Origin: an uncultured candidate division Zixibacteria bacterium
GTDB taxonomy: Bacteria > Zixibacteria > MSB-5A5 > GN15 > FEB-12
Direction of reading: 5' to 3'
Length of the DNA stretch: 64,000 nucleotides
Assembly (NCBI GenBank): GCA_963735035.1
Contig: CAVTJJ010000003.1
Location: forward strand, 608,001 to 672,000
Shown here: positions 41,043 to 51,754 of the stretch, piece after piece
How the letters are laid out: each line of letters opens with the position of its first letter
Numbering within the stretch: position 1 is the stretch's first letter
The notes under the pieces: model-generated
What the model was told of the DNA's origin: nothing
The model's input: only the letters and a program-made list of their open reading frames with translations
The model's database searches: none
Program-made: the position numbers and the translations under genes

Positions 41043-41555
41043 CTATATCGAAAACCGCCAGCCGCAGTAATGCCCCTTGCCGGCTTCCGGGTCGGGCGGG
41101 CAACATATCACGGTCGTCTTGATGCGCGGATCGATCGTCCGCGCAAACTCGGTATATTCAACAACCCCGACCAACTTGCACGGGAACAACGGCAGTTGCT
41201 TCCGTTCACGCGCCGACTGCACCCGACAATCGATCATATAGAAATCAAACGATGTTTCGGTCTCGTTGCGGATTTCCTGCGTATTGATGAAGGCATAGAG
41301 ACGATACTGAAGCGCCTTCTTCAAGCCGGCCAGACCGCTTCCCGGACGGATCTTGTGCAGCGCCATGATCCGTTGGGCTTCTATTACGGTGAACTTCTCC
41401 CAGGCCTGCTTATCCAGATCGATGGCCGTATCCATGTCGGTGTGTTTCTCGACCGCCTGAAACCAGAGGCCGTCGTGTGCCAGCCAGTTCTTGGCGAAAT
41501 CGGCTATCATGGCTTCAAGCGTCTCTCTGTCCAGGTGCTTAAGTTGGTCAAACAT
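41043..41555 (-). CDS. DUF6125-like protein
   Basis: KNWLAHDGLWFQAVE, CRVQSARERK..FPCK, CCPPD..YCGWRF. Confidence 0.75.
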   Translation of the reverse strand: MFDQLKHLDRETLEAMIADFAKNWLAHDGLWFQAVEKHTDMDTAIDLDKQAWEKFTVIEAQRIMALHKIRPGSGLAGLKKALQYRLYAFINTQEIRNETETSFDFYMIDCRVQSARERKQLPLFPCKLVGVVEYTEFARTIDPRIKTTVICCPPDPEAGKGHYCGWRFSI

Positions 41556-41837
41556 CAATTTCGTCTCCTGAAGCTTCTTGTTCGGCTCCCACTATAAACC
41601 GGACGGGGTCTTTACAAAAGAAACTTCTGGGTCTATCTTGTCTGTTACGAGTAGTAGTATGTACAACCCTCTGCGGATAGCATGCAGCCGCCCGGCACCG
41701 ACTCCTTTCGACTGTCATCACTGCCTGATAATATGTTGTGTCATAAACAGTTAGTCAGCCTTCTCGGTCATCGACTGCGGCATGGTTTTCGCTTTGCATA
41801 CCGCTACGGTAGCCTCGTCTATACTTTGGAGATCTTG

Positions 41838-44800
41838 ATGAAATCAGCCTCTTTTCAGTTCGCCCTGGTCGGCGTCATGTTCTTCTCAGCTTTTTCGGTT
41901 CAGGGCGGACAACTCGATCCTGATCTGGTGACAACTATCCAGCAGGCGTCCCCCGACAGTCTGATAAGCGTCTGGATCGAAGTTAGGCAAGCCCCAGGCA
42001 CGGCCAGCATGAAATCGGCCGCGTCCTCAGCCGCCACTCGCGCCGAAGCCCATGCTCTCGTTTGCACTGAGTTGAGACAGCAGGCGACCGCTCAGAACAA
42101 TCTGGTAGACCATCTGAACACGCTGAAAAGTGCGGGACGGGCCGACCGCGTTAAGGGACACTGGATCGTCAATATTGTTGAGGCCGATGTCACCGCCGAA
42201 CAACTGGCTGAACTCTCCAGGCGAGACGATATCGTCAACATCTACCTCAAGCCCGTCGTGTCATCACTGGATGATTCCTCGGTCGACAACGGCGGAGCTT
42301 CGGTATCGCCCGACAGCACCACAGGCAATCTTCGCAATATCAAAGCCCCCGATGTGTGGGCGCTCGGTTATACCGGAACGGGACGAATCGTATGCAGTTT
42401 TGATACCGGCGTCAACGGCCTGCATCCGGCCCTGCACAGTCGCTGGAAAGGGAACGACGGCGATTCGGCGGCCGCCTGGTTCGACCCGGTTTTTCAACAA
42501 CCGTTCCCGCACTATGTCGCCTCGAGTCTTCAGCCGGCGCACGGCACCCATACTATGGGCATCATGGCAGGGGCTGATCCAAACACTCCCGATACGGTCG
42601 GTGTAGCCCCCGGCTCCAGGTGGATATCGGCCGCCGTGATCGATATTGCCGGTGCATCAATTCTCGATGCCTTCGAATGGGCGGCGGATCCCGACGGCAA
42701 CGCGAACACTATCGCCGACGTCCCCGATGTGATCAACCACAGTTGGGGATTCCAGAGCATTTCCTGCTTGAACATATTCTACACTGCGATCGACAACACT
42801 GAAGCCCTCGGGATTGTCAATATCTTCGCGGCTGGAAACTTCGGGACGCAGGGAGCAAGCAGCATAACTTGCCCGGCCGATCGCGCGCTTGATTCGCTGG
42901 ATTGTTTTGCGGTCGGCAATCTCAACTATTCGACTGACGTTATCGTCGCTTCGTCCTCACGTGGTCCGTCGCCGTGTAATCTCACCAAGATCAAGCCGAA
43001 CGTAGTCGCCCCCGGCAATAGCATACGCTCCTGTGCCTACAACTATCCGACCGTGAGCTATATTCCGATGAGCGGCACATCTATGGCCTCCCCGCACGTC
43101 GCCGGCCTGGTGGCGTTGCTTCGCCAGAAGAATCCTAACGCCACAGTTGATCAGATCAAAACGGCCATCTTGACCAGCACTCGCAGGGCCGTTGCCTGGG
43201 GCACTATGCCTAACAACACTTACGGTTGGGGCGAAATTGACTGTCTGGCGGCGCTAGATGCTCTCTCGGCATCCAATACCACTCCGCACATTCGCCTGTA
43301 CGATTTCGAGCACGCGGCCATCGCCCCCGGCGACACGATCTACGGCTGGGTCAGACTCCAAAACCTCGGGGCCTCTACTACCGGCGTCACCGCGATAGTA
43401 ACGAGCTCCAATCCCGCTCTCACGATCTTGGACGGTACCCTTTCGTTTGGCGATCTCAACGCAGGAACCATTGTCAGATCGATCGACTCCATCCGTGTCA
43501 TCGTGTCCGACACGGTCACCGACGGATCAGCGTTGGCGACCGACCTGGTCGTTCAGCGCGGAGTGGTGAACGATACTCTGCGGCTTTTCTTCCTGGTGGG
43601 CCAGCAACCGGTCAAGTCTATCGTGACACATACCGGCAGCCGGATAAGTTTCAGCCTCAGCGACTACGGCGTTCTCGGTTTGGGGGATGGCTCGATCTAT
43701 CCTCTCAATGGAGTTGGATTCACTTTCGATGGCGGTTCGAATGATCTTTACGAAGGCGGCTTGATGATCGGAGCCTCGTATTCCCAGGTCTCCAGCGGCG
43801 TACACACCTATCTGTTTGAACCGAACATGGACTTCAAGGTGGCGCCGAGCGGCGATATCCGGATGACCGCCCCGGGTCACGATGCCCCACAGCAGACCTT
43901 TGCCATGTTCAACGACAACGGCGCCAAATACCCGATCGGCGTTCTGGTTACTCAGGAATCGTTCTCTTACGACGCCCCCAACAACGATTTCGTGGGCCTG
44001 CGCTTTGCGATCAAGAACATTTCGGGCGCGACGTTGACCGATCTCTACGTCGGCCTCTACATGGACTGGGATATCTACAGCTTCAACTACAATGCCGGTG
44101 GATACGAAACCGACGGCGCTTTTGTCTGGCAGGCGTATAACAGCGGCACAGGACTATACAATTTCAGGGGCCTGAAACTTCTCAACGGCACTCTATCCGC
44201 GGGGGGCGCGATAGATTTTGATGTCTACCGTCAGTGGCCGCGAGTCACTTCCCCTCCATCCGGCGACGGTTACACCACCGACGAAAAATACGGATCTCTT
44301 ACCAGCGGATCCCTTTACGCCGACACCAACAAAACGGCCCGCAAGGAGATGTTTTCGATCATCGGGGCCGGACCAATCACGCTGGCCCCGGACCAGATGG
44401 ATACGGTTACTTTCGCTATTCTCGCGGCCAATACTCTCGATTCACTGCGAGACGCCGGGATGCGGGCCGAATCGGTTATGAACAACTTCGAAGATCAGGA
44501 TGGGGACGGCGTGCCTGACGTAACCGACAACTGTCTAACCATTCCGAATCCAAGCCAGGAGGACGCCGACGGCGATGGCATCGGTGATAGTTGCGACACC
44601 TGTACTGACACCGATCACGATGGGTTTGGTGATCCCGGTTTTGCCATGAATACGTGTGCGATCGACAATTGTCCGACTGTTCCGAATCCAAATCAAGAGG
44701 ACTCTAACAGTGATGGACTGGGCGATGCCTGCGACACTTTACCCAAAAACTTCTATCTCTACCAAAACTACCCGAACCCATTTAGCTTGATGACCATAAT

Positions 44801-45005
44801 CAAGTTCGATCTGCCGGAGCGAAACCGCTACAAACTGGAAATTCTCAACGTGTCCGGGCAGACCTTGTACTGTGTCGAGAGTGTGGGGCAGCCTGGTCGA
44901 ATAGCGATTCCGTGGAACGGCGACGGGTACGCCTCGGGCGCCTATTTCTATCGTGTGACCGTAGGCGGCCGCTCTTTCACCCGCAAGATGATGCTGCTGA
45001 AGTGA
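41838..45005 (+). CDS. Secreted S8 subtilisin-like peptidase with thrombospondin type-3 repeats and C-terminal sorting domain
   Basis: Catalytic triad [38 protein letters not shown] repeats; [16 protein letters not shown]. Confidence 0.92.
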   Translation: MKSASFQFALVGVMFFSAFSVQGGQLDPDLVTTIQQASPDSLISVWIEVRQAPGTASMKSAASSAATRAEAHALVCTELRQQATAQNNLVDHLNTLKSAGRADRVKGHWIVNIVEADVTAEQLAELSRRDDIVNIYLKPVVSSLDDSSVDNGGASVSPDSTTGNLRNIKAPDVWALGYTGTGRIVCSFDTGVNGLHPALHSRWKGNDGDSAAAWFDPVFQQPFPHYVASSLQPAHGTHTMGIMAGADPNTPDTVGVAPGSRWISAAVIDIAGASILDAFEWAADPDGNANTIADVPDVINHSWGFQSISCLNIFYTAIDNTEALGIVNIFAAGNFGTQGASSITCPADRALDSLDCFAVGNLNYSTDVIVASSSRGPSPCNLTKIKPNVVAPGNSIRSCAYNYPTVSYIPMSGTSMASPHVAGLVALLRQKNPNATVDQIKTAILTSTRRAVAWGTMPNNTYGWGEIDCLAALDALSASNTTPHIRLYDFEHAAIAPGDTIYGWVRLQNLGASTTGVTAIVTSSNPALTILDGTLSFGDLNAGTIVRSIDSIRVIVSDTVTDGSALATDLVVQRGVVNDTLRLFFLVGQQPVKSIVTHTGSRISFSLSDYGVLGLGDGSIYPLNGVGFTFDGGSNDLYEGGLMIGASYSQVSSGVHTYLFEPNMDFKVAPSGDIRMTAPGHDAPQQTFAMFNDNGAKYPIGVLVTQESFSYDAPNNDFVGLRFAIKNISGATLTDLYVGLYMDWDIYSFNYNAGGYETDGAFVWQAYNSGTGLYNFRGLKLLNGTLSAGGAIDFDVYRQWPRVTSPPSGDGYTTDEKYGSLTSGSLYADTNKTARKEMFSIIGAGPITLAPDQMDTVTFAILAANTLDSLRDAGMRAESVMNNFEDQDGDGVPDVTDNCLTIPNPSQEDADGDGIGDSCDTCTDTDHDGFGDPGFAMNTCAIDNCPTVPNPNQEDSNSDGLGDACDTLPKNFYLYQNYPNPFSLMTIIKFDLPERNRYKLEILNVSGQTLYCVESVGQPGRIAIPWNGDGYASGAYFYRVTVGGRSFTRKMMLLK

Positions 45006-45052
45006 GCGCGATAACTCGAAGGACAGGTCCCCCAAACGGACCGTCTATGTAG

Positions 45053-46051
45053 CTAAGTAAGTTTAAGATTGGGAATCGCGTTGGCGATCAGCTCACCGGG
45101 GCCGTACTTCTCGAAACTGTAGAATCCGGCGGCGGCGATCATCGCGGCGTTGTCTGTACATAGTGACAGCGAGGGGTAGAACAAACGGCCTCTTCGCGCT
45201 TCAATTTCTTCACGCAGTCGCTGGCGCAGACGGCTGTTGGCGGCGACACCCCCGGAGATAGTCACATGACGCACGCCGGTGGCCTCAGTGGCGCGAACGG
45301 TCTTGGTTACCAGCACGTCAACGACCGCTTCCTGAAACGAGGCGGCGATATCCGCTTTCTTCTCGGCAAATTCATTCGGATCAAGTTTGTTCAGATAGAG
45401 TGAGACCGCGGTCTTCAAACCGGAGTACGAGAACTGGAAATCGTCTTTCATGACCGCGCGTGGAAACCGAAAGTAGCGGGGATTGCCGGTCGAAGCCAGC
45501 TTGTCGAGAGCTGCCCCGCCCGGATAACCAAGCCCCATGAGTTTGGCGACTTTGTCGAAAGCCTCGCCGGCGGCATCGTCGCGCGTACGACCCATCACAA
45601 TGTATTCCCCAAAGGCTTTGACTTCAACGAGCATGGTGTGTCCGCCGGACACGATCAGGGTCAGATGATGTTTGTCCAGTTCCCGGTGTTCGAGCATGTT
45701 CGCCGCCAGATGGCCTTCCAGATGGTTGACCGGTACAAACGGGATCGAGCGGGCGTAGGCCAGTCCTTTGGCGAAACTCAATCCAATCAGGAGCGGGCCG
45801 ACGAGTCCGGGTCCCATGGTCGCAGCGACCAGGTTGATCTGTTCAAGCGTGACTCCGGCTTCTTGCAGAGCCTGCTGATAAATGGGGACGATTGCTTTGA
45901 TGTGTTCGCGGCTGGCAACTTCGGGGATGACGCCGCCGAAGCGGGTGTGTACCGCCTGTGACAGGATAACGTTGGACAGGATGTCGCGTCCATCGCGAAC
46001 CACCGCCGCCGACGTTTCATCGCATGAGGTTTCAATTCCCAGAGTTAGCAT
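45053..46051 (-). CDS. tsaD: tRNA t6A37 threonylcarbamoyltransferase TsaD
   Basis: GIETSCDET, HLEGH, VSGGHT, DDAAGEAFDK, CTDNAAMI. Confidence 0.97.
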   Translation of the reverse strand: MLTLGIETSCDETSAAVVRDGRDILSNVILSQAVHTRFGGVIPEVASREHIKAIVPIYQQALQEAGVTLEQINLVAATMGPGLVGPLLIGLSFAKGLAYARSIPFVPVNHLEGHLAANMLEHRELDKHHLTLIVSGGHTMLVEVKAFGEYIVMGRTRDDAAGEAFDKVAKLMGLGYPGGAALDKLASTGNPRYFRFPRAVMKDDFQFSYSGLKTAVSLYLNKLDPNEFAEKKADIAASFQEAVVDVLVTKTVRATEATGVRHVTISGGVAANSRLRQRLREEIEARRGRLFYPSLSLCTDNAAMIAAAGFYSFEKYGPGELIANAIPNLKLT

Positions 46052-46970
46052 CGGGATTAGTTATGACGAGTACGGAATCGCTGGAGAGCGACTTGAACTT
46101 GAAACCGGGGGGACAATCGAAACGGACTTTGGCTCGTCCGCCGGCGCTGATCGTGCGATGATCCACCGAGAGGGTCAGGGCGTTGGGAGTGAGTCGGTCA
46201 ATTTCATCGGGCGGCCCGGTCAATTCAACTTTCAATTCGGTCGGGTCGGTGCGGACAGCAATTCCCCCCGGTGTATTGAACACCTGCACGGGGATATGCT
46301 CGAATACCCGCGTTTTTACCGGGAAGACCGGAATCGTCACCGACACCGATTCCGGTTCCACTCGGAATCCGTAACCTTCCGGGCAAATAGTCGGTACGGT
46401 AATAGTCACCGGATTGCGCATTGAACCGAGTTTCTTGGATGCAGTGCGGATGGTGTCAACTTCCTGTAGCCGCGAGCGCGGGCCGATAAGCGTGGCCGTC
46501 GACGGCGCAATCTGCAATTGCTGACCCACGGCAAAACCATCATCAGCTTCGGTCTCAAGCGCCGCCGTTATGGGCACTTGTTTCTTGCCCTCGACGTCTA
46601 TTTCCAGGCGAAGAACCTTGGGCGACACTATTTCCTGAAGCGTAACCTCGGTGGTGGGGTGCACCAGAGATGTATTCTGCGTGCTTAGATTGACGTTGAA
46701 TCGTCCGGCCCGGAACTGTCCGGCGTTGATTTCGACACCTTCATCCCGCCACTTTCGCCGGAGGAGTTGTTTGCCCGACGCCAGGACCGACACGCGAAGC
46801 GAGTCCGGAGGCGCCTCCGCCAACACCAGTCCATCACTCAGGATGACTTGAGTAATGGGCAATATGATTTCATGGTTGTAGATCTTCTCGGTTTCGACGT
46901 GCAGCCAGACGAGCAGGCCGAGACCGAAAGCCGTTATCTTGAGCCAGAAATTGTTGAACAGCCACTTCAT
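46032..46970 (-). CDS. CdaR/YbbR-like protein
   Basis: NNFWLKITAFGLGLLVWLHV N-terminus followed by three YbbR-like beta domains (P..V.L.GP). Confidence 0.8.
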   Translation of the reverse strand: MKWLFNNFWLKITAFGLGLLVWLHVETEKIYNHEIILPITQVILSDGLVLAEAPPDSLRVSVLASGKQLLRRKWRDEGVEINAGQFRAGRFNVNLSTQNTSLVHPTTEVTLQEIVSPKVLRLEIDVEGKKQVPITAALETEADDGFAVGQQLQIAPSTATLIGPRSRLQEVDTIRTASKKLGSMRNPVTITVPTICPEGYGFRVEPESVSVTIPVFPVKTRVFEHIPVQVFNTPGGIAVRTDPTELKVELTGPPDEIDRLTPNALTLSVDHRTISAGGRAKVRFDCPPGFKFKSLSSDSVLVITNPDANSGN

Positions 46971-47028
46971 TAGAATCCATCTTACACAAATACAAGGGGC
47001 CGATCAACCCTATTGTTGACCGATCAGA

Positions 47029-48504
47029 TCAATCGACCCAGCGCGAATCGTTCCACATAAACCGGGTAACCCCGTTATCCGTGCCTACCCAGAGGTAATC
47101 GCCGTCGAACCGGAGCGACAGGACATTGTCCGACGCCAGGCCATCGGCCTCAGTCACGACAACTGTACGGTCTTTCTTAGCACCGGGCGTAATCAGTACC
47201 AGACCGCGATCGTTGGCCAAAGCGACCACCCGGTCGTTGACCGCCAGGGCGCGTCGGTTATGCCGGTTGCTGGGCTCTCGAAATGATTCCGACTTGCCGG
47301 TGGCTATATCCAGCCTGACCACGCCGGCGTCCGAAGCTAACCAAACGTCGGTTCCAGAGTGCTCGATATTCAGCACCGCGCTGAACAACACCAACTCGGA
47401 ATCCTGGAATTGCTGAAGGCGGTCAGTTTCGAAAGTATAGCGAAAGGCCCCGATACTGGACGCGACCCAGACCGTCTTGTCAACCAGGTCAAGATCGTAA
47501 ATGATCTGCCGGTGAAAAGTTTCGGGACGAACCTGATAGATCGAATCAGTCCCCATCTTGAGAAGACTTAATCCGCCCCCTGTTCCTATCAAAAGCGAGT
47601 CGCCGGAACGTGCGAGCGAGACGACAAAATCGTCCTGAAGCCCACGGTTGGCGTTAAGTGGGCCGCGAGCAATATGGGTTGCTTTGTCCAACTCGTACAA
47701 GCCTCGCGGTGTGCCTATGTAGAGGGTGCCGGAATCGGCCTGGAGAGAGTAGATGTCGTCGGCCGGGAAATTGCCATCGAGACCTGATTCGATATCATCG
47801 AAAGTATTGTTCGTAACGTCGTAACCTGACAGACCGGTGCGGAAAGATTGTTGAATCCTTCCTGCGAACCAAATAATGGAATCGTCGGGGAAGATCACAT
47901 CCACCTGGTCCTGCAGGAGCCCGTAAGGCAGAAGGTCCATCAGGCCCGACCGGGAATCGGCGCGGGCGGGACCGAATCCCCAGGTTCCCATCCAGAGATC
48001 ACCCGCGGCGTCCTGCACTACATCGGTAGACTTGAAATGGCGGGCATGAGCATCGACGAATTCTCCCAGCCCGCTGTAAATAGCGTCGAATTGAGGCAGG
48101 AGTATATCCGGAGTGTGAATGTGGGTGATGTCGTTGTCGATCGACGGCAGCTCCGCGACGACGCTCCAGCTATCCATGAAACTGTCGTACTGATATATGC
48201 TCAGTTCGGTGCCGAGAAAGAGGGTCTGGTCAAAGCGGTCGACCCAGAGCTTCTGAATCGGCTCGCGCGGCGCGGCGTCGCCGCCGGTCATGGGCATGTC
48301 CCACTGCAGGTGCTGTTTGTCGTAGCGGATCAATCCACCGGTAGTGCCGTAGTAGGCATAGGCGTTCGACACGGTCACCGCCTGCACATAGTCAAAATTG
48401 CGGAATGTCACCGCCTGGCCGGGAACGTGTTGGGCAAAACTGTCCGGTGCGATGACCAGGAATGCGATGAAGAACGCACTTGTGCTTGAGATGATCCGGT
48501 TCAT
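47029..48504 (-). CDS. Secreted beta-propeller protein
   Basis: Signal peptide; repeated LW.GT..G / GL..D.V blades; ATGA overlap with the upstream gene. Confidence 0.75.
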   Translation of the reverse strand: MNRIISSTSAFFIAFLVIAPDSFAQHVPGQAVTFRNFDYVQAVTVSNAYAYYGTTGGLIRYDKQHLQWDMPMTGGDAAPREPIQKLWVDRFDQTLFLGTELSIYQYDSFMDSWSVVAELPSIDNDITHIHTPDILLPQFDAIYSGLGEFVDAHARHFKSTDVVQDAAGDLWMGTWGFGPARADSRSGLMDLLPYGLLQDQVDVIFPDDSIIWFAGRIQQSFRTGLSGYDVTNNTFDDIESGLDGNFPADDIYSLQADSGTLYIGTPRGLYELDKATHIARGPLNANRGLQDDFVVSLARSGDSLLIGTGGGLSLLKMGTDSIYQVRPETFHRQIIYDLDLVDKTVWVASSIGAFRYTFETDRLQQFQDSELVLFSAVLNIEHSGTDVWLASDAGVVRLDIATGKSESFREPSNRHNRRALAVNDRVVALANDRGLVLITPGAKKDRTVVVTEADGLASDNVLSLRFDGDYLWVGTDNGVTRFMWNDSRWVD

Positions 48505-49721
48505 CTGGTCTTCTCTTCTGCGTATTTGAGAACAGCACCGGTCAGTAGCGCTGAGCCGTACCAGAGCGCGTTCTCGTCGGCGACAAACTTCGACGAATGC
48601 CAGGGTTGGACGGCGCCTATCGCCGGATTGCGGATTCCGAGACGCAGCATAGCTCCCTGCACATGCTCCAAGTAGTATGCGAAGTCCTCCGAGCCGAGGC
48701 TTTGATCGGCTTTGACCACTTTGGTGCGGCCAAACAGAGTGGCAAACACATCCGAGTACAGTTTGTTGGTCGCCGTGTCGTTGACGAGTGGCGGGTACGA
48801 CGCCACAATCGTTGTCTTGCCGACCGCGCCGTGAACTCGGCATGCGGCGGCAACAGTCTGTTTGATAAGGCCGGGCAATTTTCGGGCGAGTTCCAGGTCG
48901 AGTGTCCGGGCTGTGCAGATCAATTGAGCCGAAGAAGCTATCACGTTTCGGGCGGTGCCGCCGCTGAATTGCCCAATCGACAAAACCATGGGTGAAAGCT
49001 GATCGGTTCGGCGTGAGACTATCGTCTGCAAAGCGTTTACTACCGCCGCTGCGGCGACAACGGCATCAACACCAAGATGCGGCCGCGCTGCATGACTGCC
49101 GCGACCGGTGATACTGATGTCGAAATCCAGCACTCCGGCCATCATGGGGCCATCGCATAGACCAATCTTGCCGACCGGAATCGACGGATCCACGTGCAGG
49201 CCGAAAATGGCATCGACACCTCGCAGAACCCCTTCTTTGACTAGAAGTGTCGCTCCACCCGGCGGGGCCTCCTCGGCGGGCTGAAATAGAAACCGTACCG
49301 TTCCTTTCAGTTCCTTGCGACGTTCAGCAAGCAACGCTGCCGTGCCAAGCACGATAGCCATGTGCATGTCGTGACCGCAGGCGTGCATCTTGCCGACCGT
49401 GTTGGAAGCATACGGCAGCCCGGTTTGTTCGGTGACCGGAAGAGCGTCAATATCAGAACGGATGGCGACAGTTGGGCCGGGCCGCCCCCCTTTGAGTTCC
49501 GCCACAACCCCGGTGGGGATTTTCAAAGTCCAGAGGGCAAGGCCGAGCCGGCGGAGTTCCTTTTTGAGAAAGGCCGTGGTCTTGATCTCCTGAAGGGCGG
49601 TTTCGGGATTTTGATGCAGGTGACGGCGCCATTTCACCTGGGCTGGAAAAAGCCGTCGGGCGGAGGCAATGACAGCCTTGTTTTCAGTTTCCGTGTGACG
49701 AGAGGTCTTCTGATGTGGCAA
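48501..49721 (-). CDS. M20 family amidohydrolase
   Basis: RRHLHQNPE, RSDIDALP, MHACGHD, FQPAEE, SEDF. Confidence 0.92.
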   Translation of the reverse strand: MPHQKTSRHTETENKAVIASARRLFPAQVKWRRHLHQNPETALQEIKTTAFLKKELRRLGLALWTLKIPTGVVAELKGGRPGPTVAIRSDIDALPVTEQTGLPYASNTVGKMHACGHDMHMAIVLGTAALLAERRKELKGTVRFLFQPAEEAPPGGATLLVKEGVLRGVDAIFGLHVDPSIPVGKIGLCDGPMMAGVLDFDISITGRGSHAARPHLGVDAVVAAAAVVNALQTIVSRRTDQLSPMVLSIGQFSGGTARNVIASSAQLICTARTLDLELARKLPGLIKQTVAAACRVHGAVGKTTIVASYPPLVNDTATNKLYSDVFATLFGRTKVVKADQSLGSEDFAYYLEHVQGAMLRLGIRNPAIGAVQPWHSSKFVADENALWYGSALLTGAVLKYAEEKTR

Positions 49722-49763
49722 GGTGTTGCACCTGTCCTAAATGGTTTGTTCGTGATCCAGGTT

Positions 49764-49793
49764 ACTATATGACTTATACGATATATCTGTCAA
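49764..49793 (-). promoter_or_regulatory. sigma70-like promoter for the amidohydrolase-tsaD operon
   Basis: TTGACA-N18-TATAGT. Confidence 0.5.
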
Positions 49794-49877
49794 CAAGCGT
49801 CGTCATTAGCTTGACAGGGACAATCAAGGGGCGTTTCTTAGGACAGCTTTCATAACCGCTTTGAGCGGAGGGTTACT

Positions 49878-50975
49878 ATGCGTTACGCCGCGATTATGCT
49901 GTCGCGCCAGCCGTTACGCCCGACCGGAGAGACTCCGTGGGTGAAGAAATCGGTTGAGGCGGTCCGCTGGCTCAAAGACAACGGTCTGGGATTGACTAGC
50001 TCGGTCGGCTTACAGACCTGGGAACTCCTGACAACTATCGCGCTGGAACAGGCAGTGCCTCTGCGCCTGGTGTTGCCGTGCGCGTCTTCGGAAGAGTTCT
50101 TCGAACTCAGTGATGCCGTGATGCTGGATTTCGGGCTCTCTGAAGAGCTGATCGAATTCATCCCGGTGCGGGACGAAAGTGGCGCTGACCGGATCGGTTT
50201 GTCGACCGCGCGTGATCGCCAGATAGTCGAAACCGCCGATCTTCTGATTCCGATATCCTGTCGCCCCGGAGGGAATATGACTGCGTTACTTGAAGAGGCA
50301 GGGAAACGCGGCCAGGATGTGGAGAATCGATTCGCAGTAGAAGATGGGCGACCGAATGAACCGTTGAAATATGACATAGGTGAACAACCGCTGAACCCGA
50401 CTTTGCAAACGTTGGCCGTGAGGTATCTCATACACTGGACGCGGACTACCAGTTCCGCGTGGCCGGGAGAGACACGAGCCGGGTTCTATCGAGATATTCT
50501 GGCGTCTGTTGCCTGGCCGAGATCGGCCTTTGCTACCCTGCAGCGGATTGTCCGCATGAAGAAGATCATGTCCAGCCCCCGCCACATGCCCGGCAACACA
50601 CCGACCGTGTCGTTTTCGGCCTTAGGTCCAACCGAGGCTGTGCCATTGATGCGTTGGAGAGCGCGATATCGCGAAATGTCGTTCGAGCCATACGGGATCG
50701 GTATCGAACGACCTCTGGCCACAAAGCTCGGCATTGATGAGGTGATGTATTTCGAGCGGGCCGACGAAGCCTCGGTTCCGGCTGAGGATCGATGGAAATG
50801 GCAGTCCAGCGGAAAGGTCACTCCGTGGCGGGCGGAACGGGAATTTCGCTATCGGGGTGATCTGGATCTGGGGAGAATTCCGTCCGGATCAATAGCGCTC
50901 TTCTGCAGGACGGCCGATGAAGCCCGGGTACTCAGGGAACTACATAGCGGGCCAGTCTGGTCGTTGTTTGCTTGA
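49878..50975 (+). CDS. Hypothetical two-domain protein: SLOG-like N-terminus and AbiGi/ART-like C-terminus
   Basis: GGAGG RBS; ARDRQIVETADLLIPI..PGGN; YLIHWTR..VSFS..EPYGIGI..W..EREFR. Confidence 0.65.
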   Translation: MRYAAIMLSRQPLRPTGETPWVKKSVEAVRWLKDNGLGLTSSVGLQTWELLTTIALEQAVPLRLVLPCASSEEFFELSDAVMLDFGLSEELIEFIPVRDESGADRIGLSTARDRQIVETADLLIPISCRPGGNMTALLEEAGKRGQDVENRFAVEDGRPNEPLKYDIGEQPLNPTLQTLAVRYLIHWTRTTSSAWPGETRAGFYRDILASVAWPRSAFATLQRIVRMKKIMSSPRHMPGNTPTVSFSALGPTEAVPLMRWRARYREMSFEPYGIGIERPLATKLGIDEVMYFERADEASVPAEDRWKWQSSGKVTPWRAEREFRYRGDLDLGRIPSGSIALFCRTADEARVLRELHSGPVWSLFA

Positions 50976-51191
50976 TGGGGATGGCCCCCCGGGGGCTGAC
51001 GACCTCTCGGTCGTGGCAATCTACATCGTGTCCTATCAGGCGTCCCTGCCTGACTGCCTTATTAGGTTTGACGCTGTTTCATCGCCGCACTATTATTTCG
51101 CCATGCGAATCGTTTGCGCGGGATACATTCACTGCCTATATGAACCAACCCAGCAGATTATTGTCACTGCGAACCGCACGAGGGACTGCAA

Positions 51192-51515
51192 ATGACGTTT
51201 CCCAAGCTGAATAAGAAATACTGGATAAGTCTTTCGGGGATAGCTGCAATTTGGTCTCTGCCGATTTGGACTTACGTCATCATTGATGCCGTAAGATTGT
51301 CGAAGGGTCTGCCAGTTGTATCTTGGGAGCGCGTTCAGATGCCGGGAATATTGCTTTCGGTGTATCTTAGTCCCCACGGTGTTTGGGCTGGAATGCACGA
51401 CTATACTTGGACGGAGGTTGGCATCTACGGTTGTCTGTTCTACTATGTAGTAGTCGCGCTTCTAGTGATGCTCTGGCGCAGAGTCAGAAGGTCAAAGTAC
51501 TCTAGAACTTTGTAG
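51192..51515 (+). CDS. Small hypothetical membrane protein
   Basis: GAGGG RBS; two to three hydrophobic segments. Confidence 0.5.
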   Translation: MTFPKLNKKYWISLSGIAAIWSLPIWTYVIIDAVRLSKGLPVVSWERVQMPGILLSVYLSPHGVWAGMHDYTWTEVGIYGCLFYYVVVALLVMLWRRVRRSKYSRTL

Positions 51516-51710
51516 GTCGGGTTTACGGAGTCACGAGCGACGCGAGTGACGACAAACCCGACACCGAGATCGACAGACAAGGGGCAGACGAGGACGTCTG
51601 CCGCCCACATAGCCCTATCCACCCCACCCGCCCCCAATTTTCCGCATTGTAGACCAGCCCTGATCATCGTATATTTGTGCAATCCCACCCGCAAGCGGAT
51701 GGGCCACCCG
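51511..51710. repeat. REP cluster including a near-perfect empty IS110 target (inverted)
   Basis: GTAGGTCGGGTT..AACCCGACA, GGCAGACGAGGACGTCTGCC, CCCACCCGCAAGCGGATGGGCCACC (51684-51708). Confidence 0.8.
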
Positions 51711-51754
51711 GAGATTCGAAAGCGTCACGGACCCGGATTGGACAGGGACTACTT

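Noticed and set aside
48505..48843. N-terminal extension of ORF 47029..48843 (similarly 10236, 14184, 35652, 41682, 51677)
   Set aside because: These extensions overlap another gene or REP/promoter DNA; downstream starts with an RBS or signal peptide fit better.
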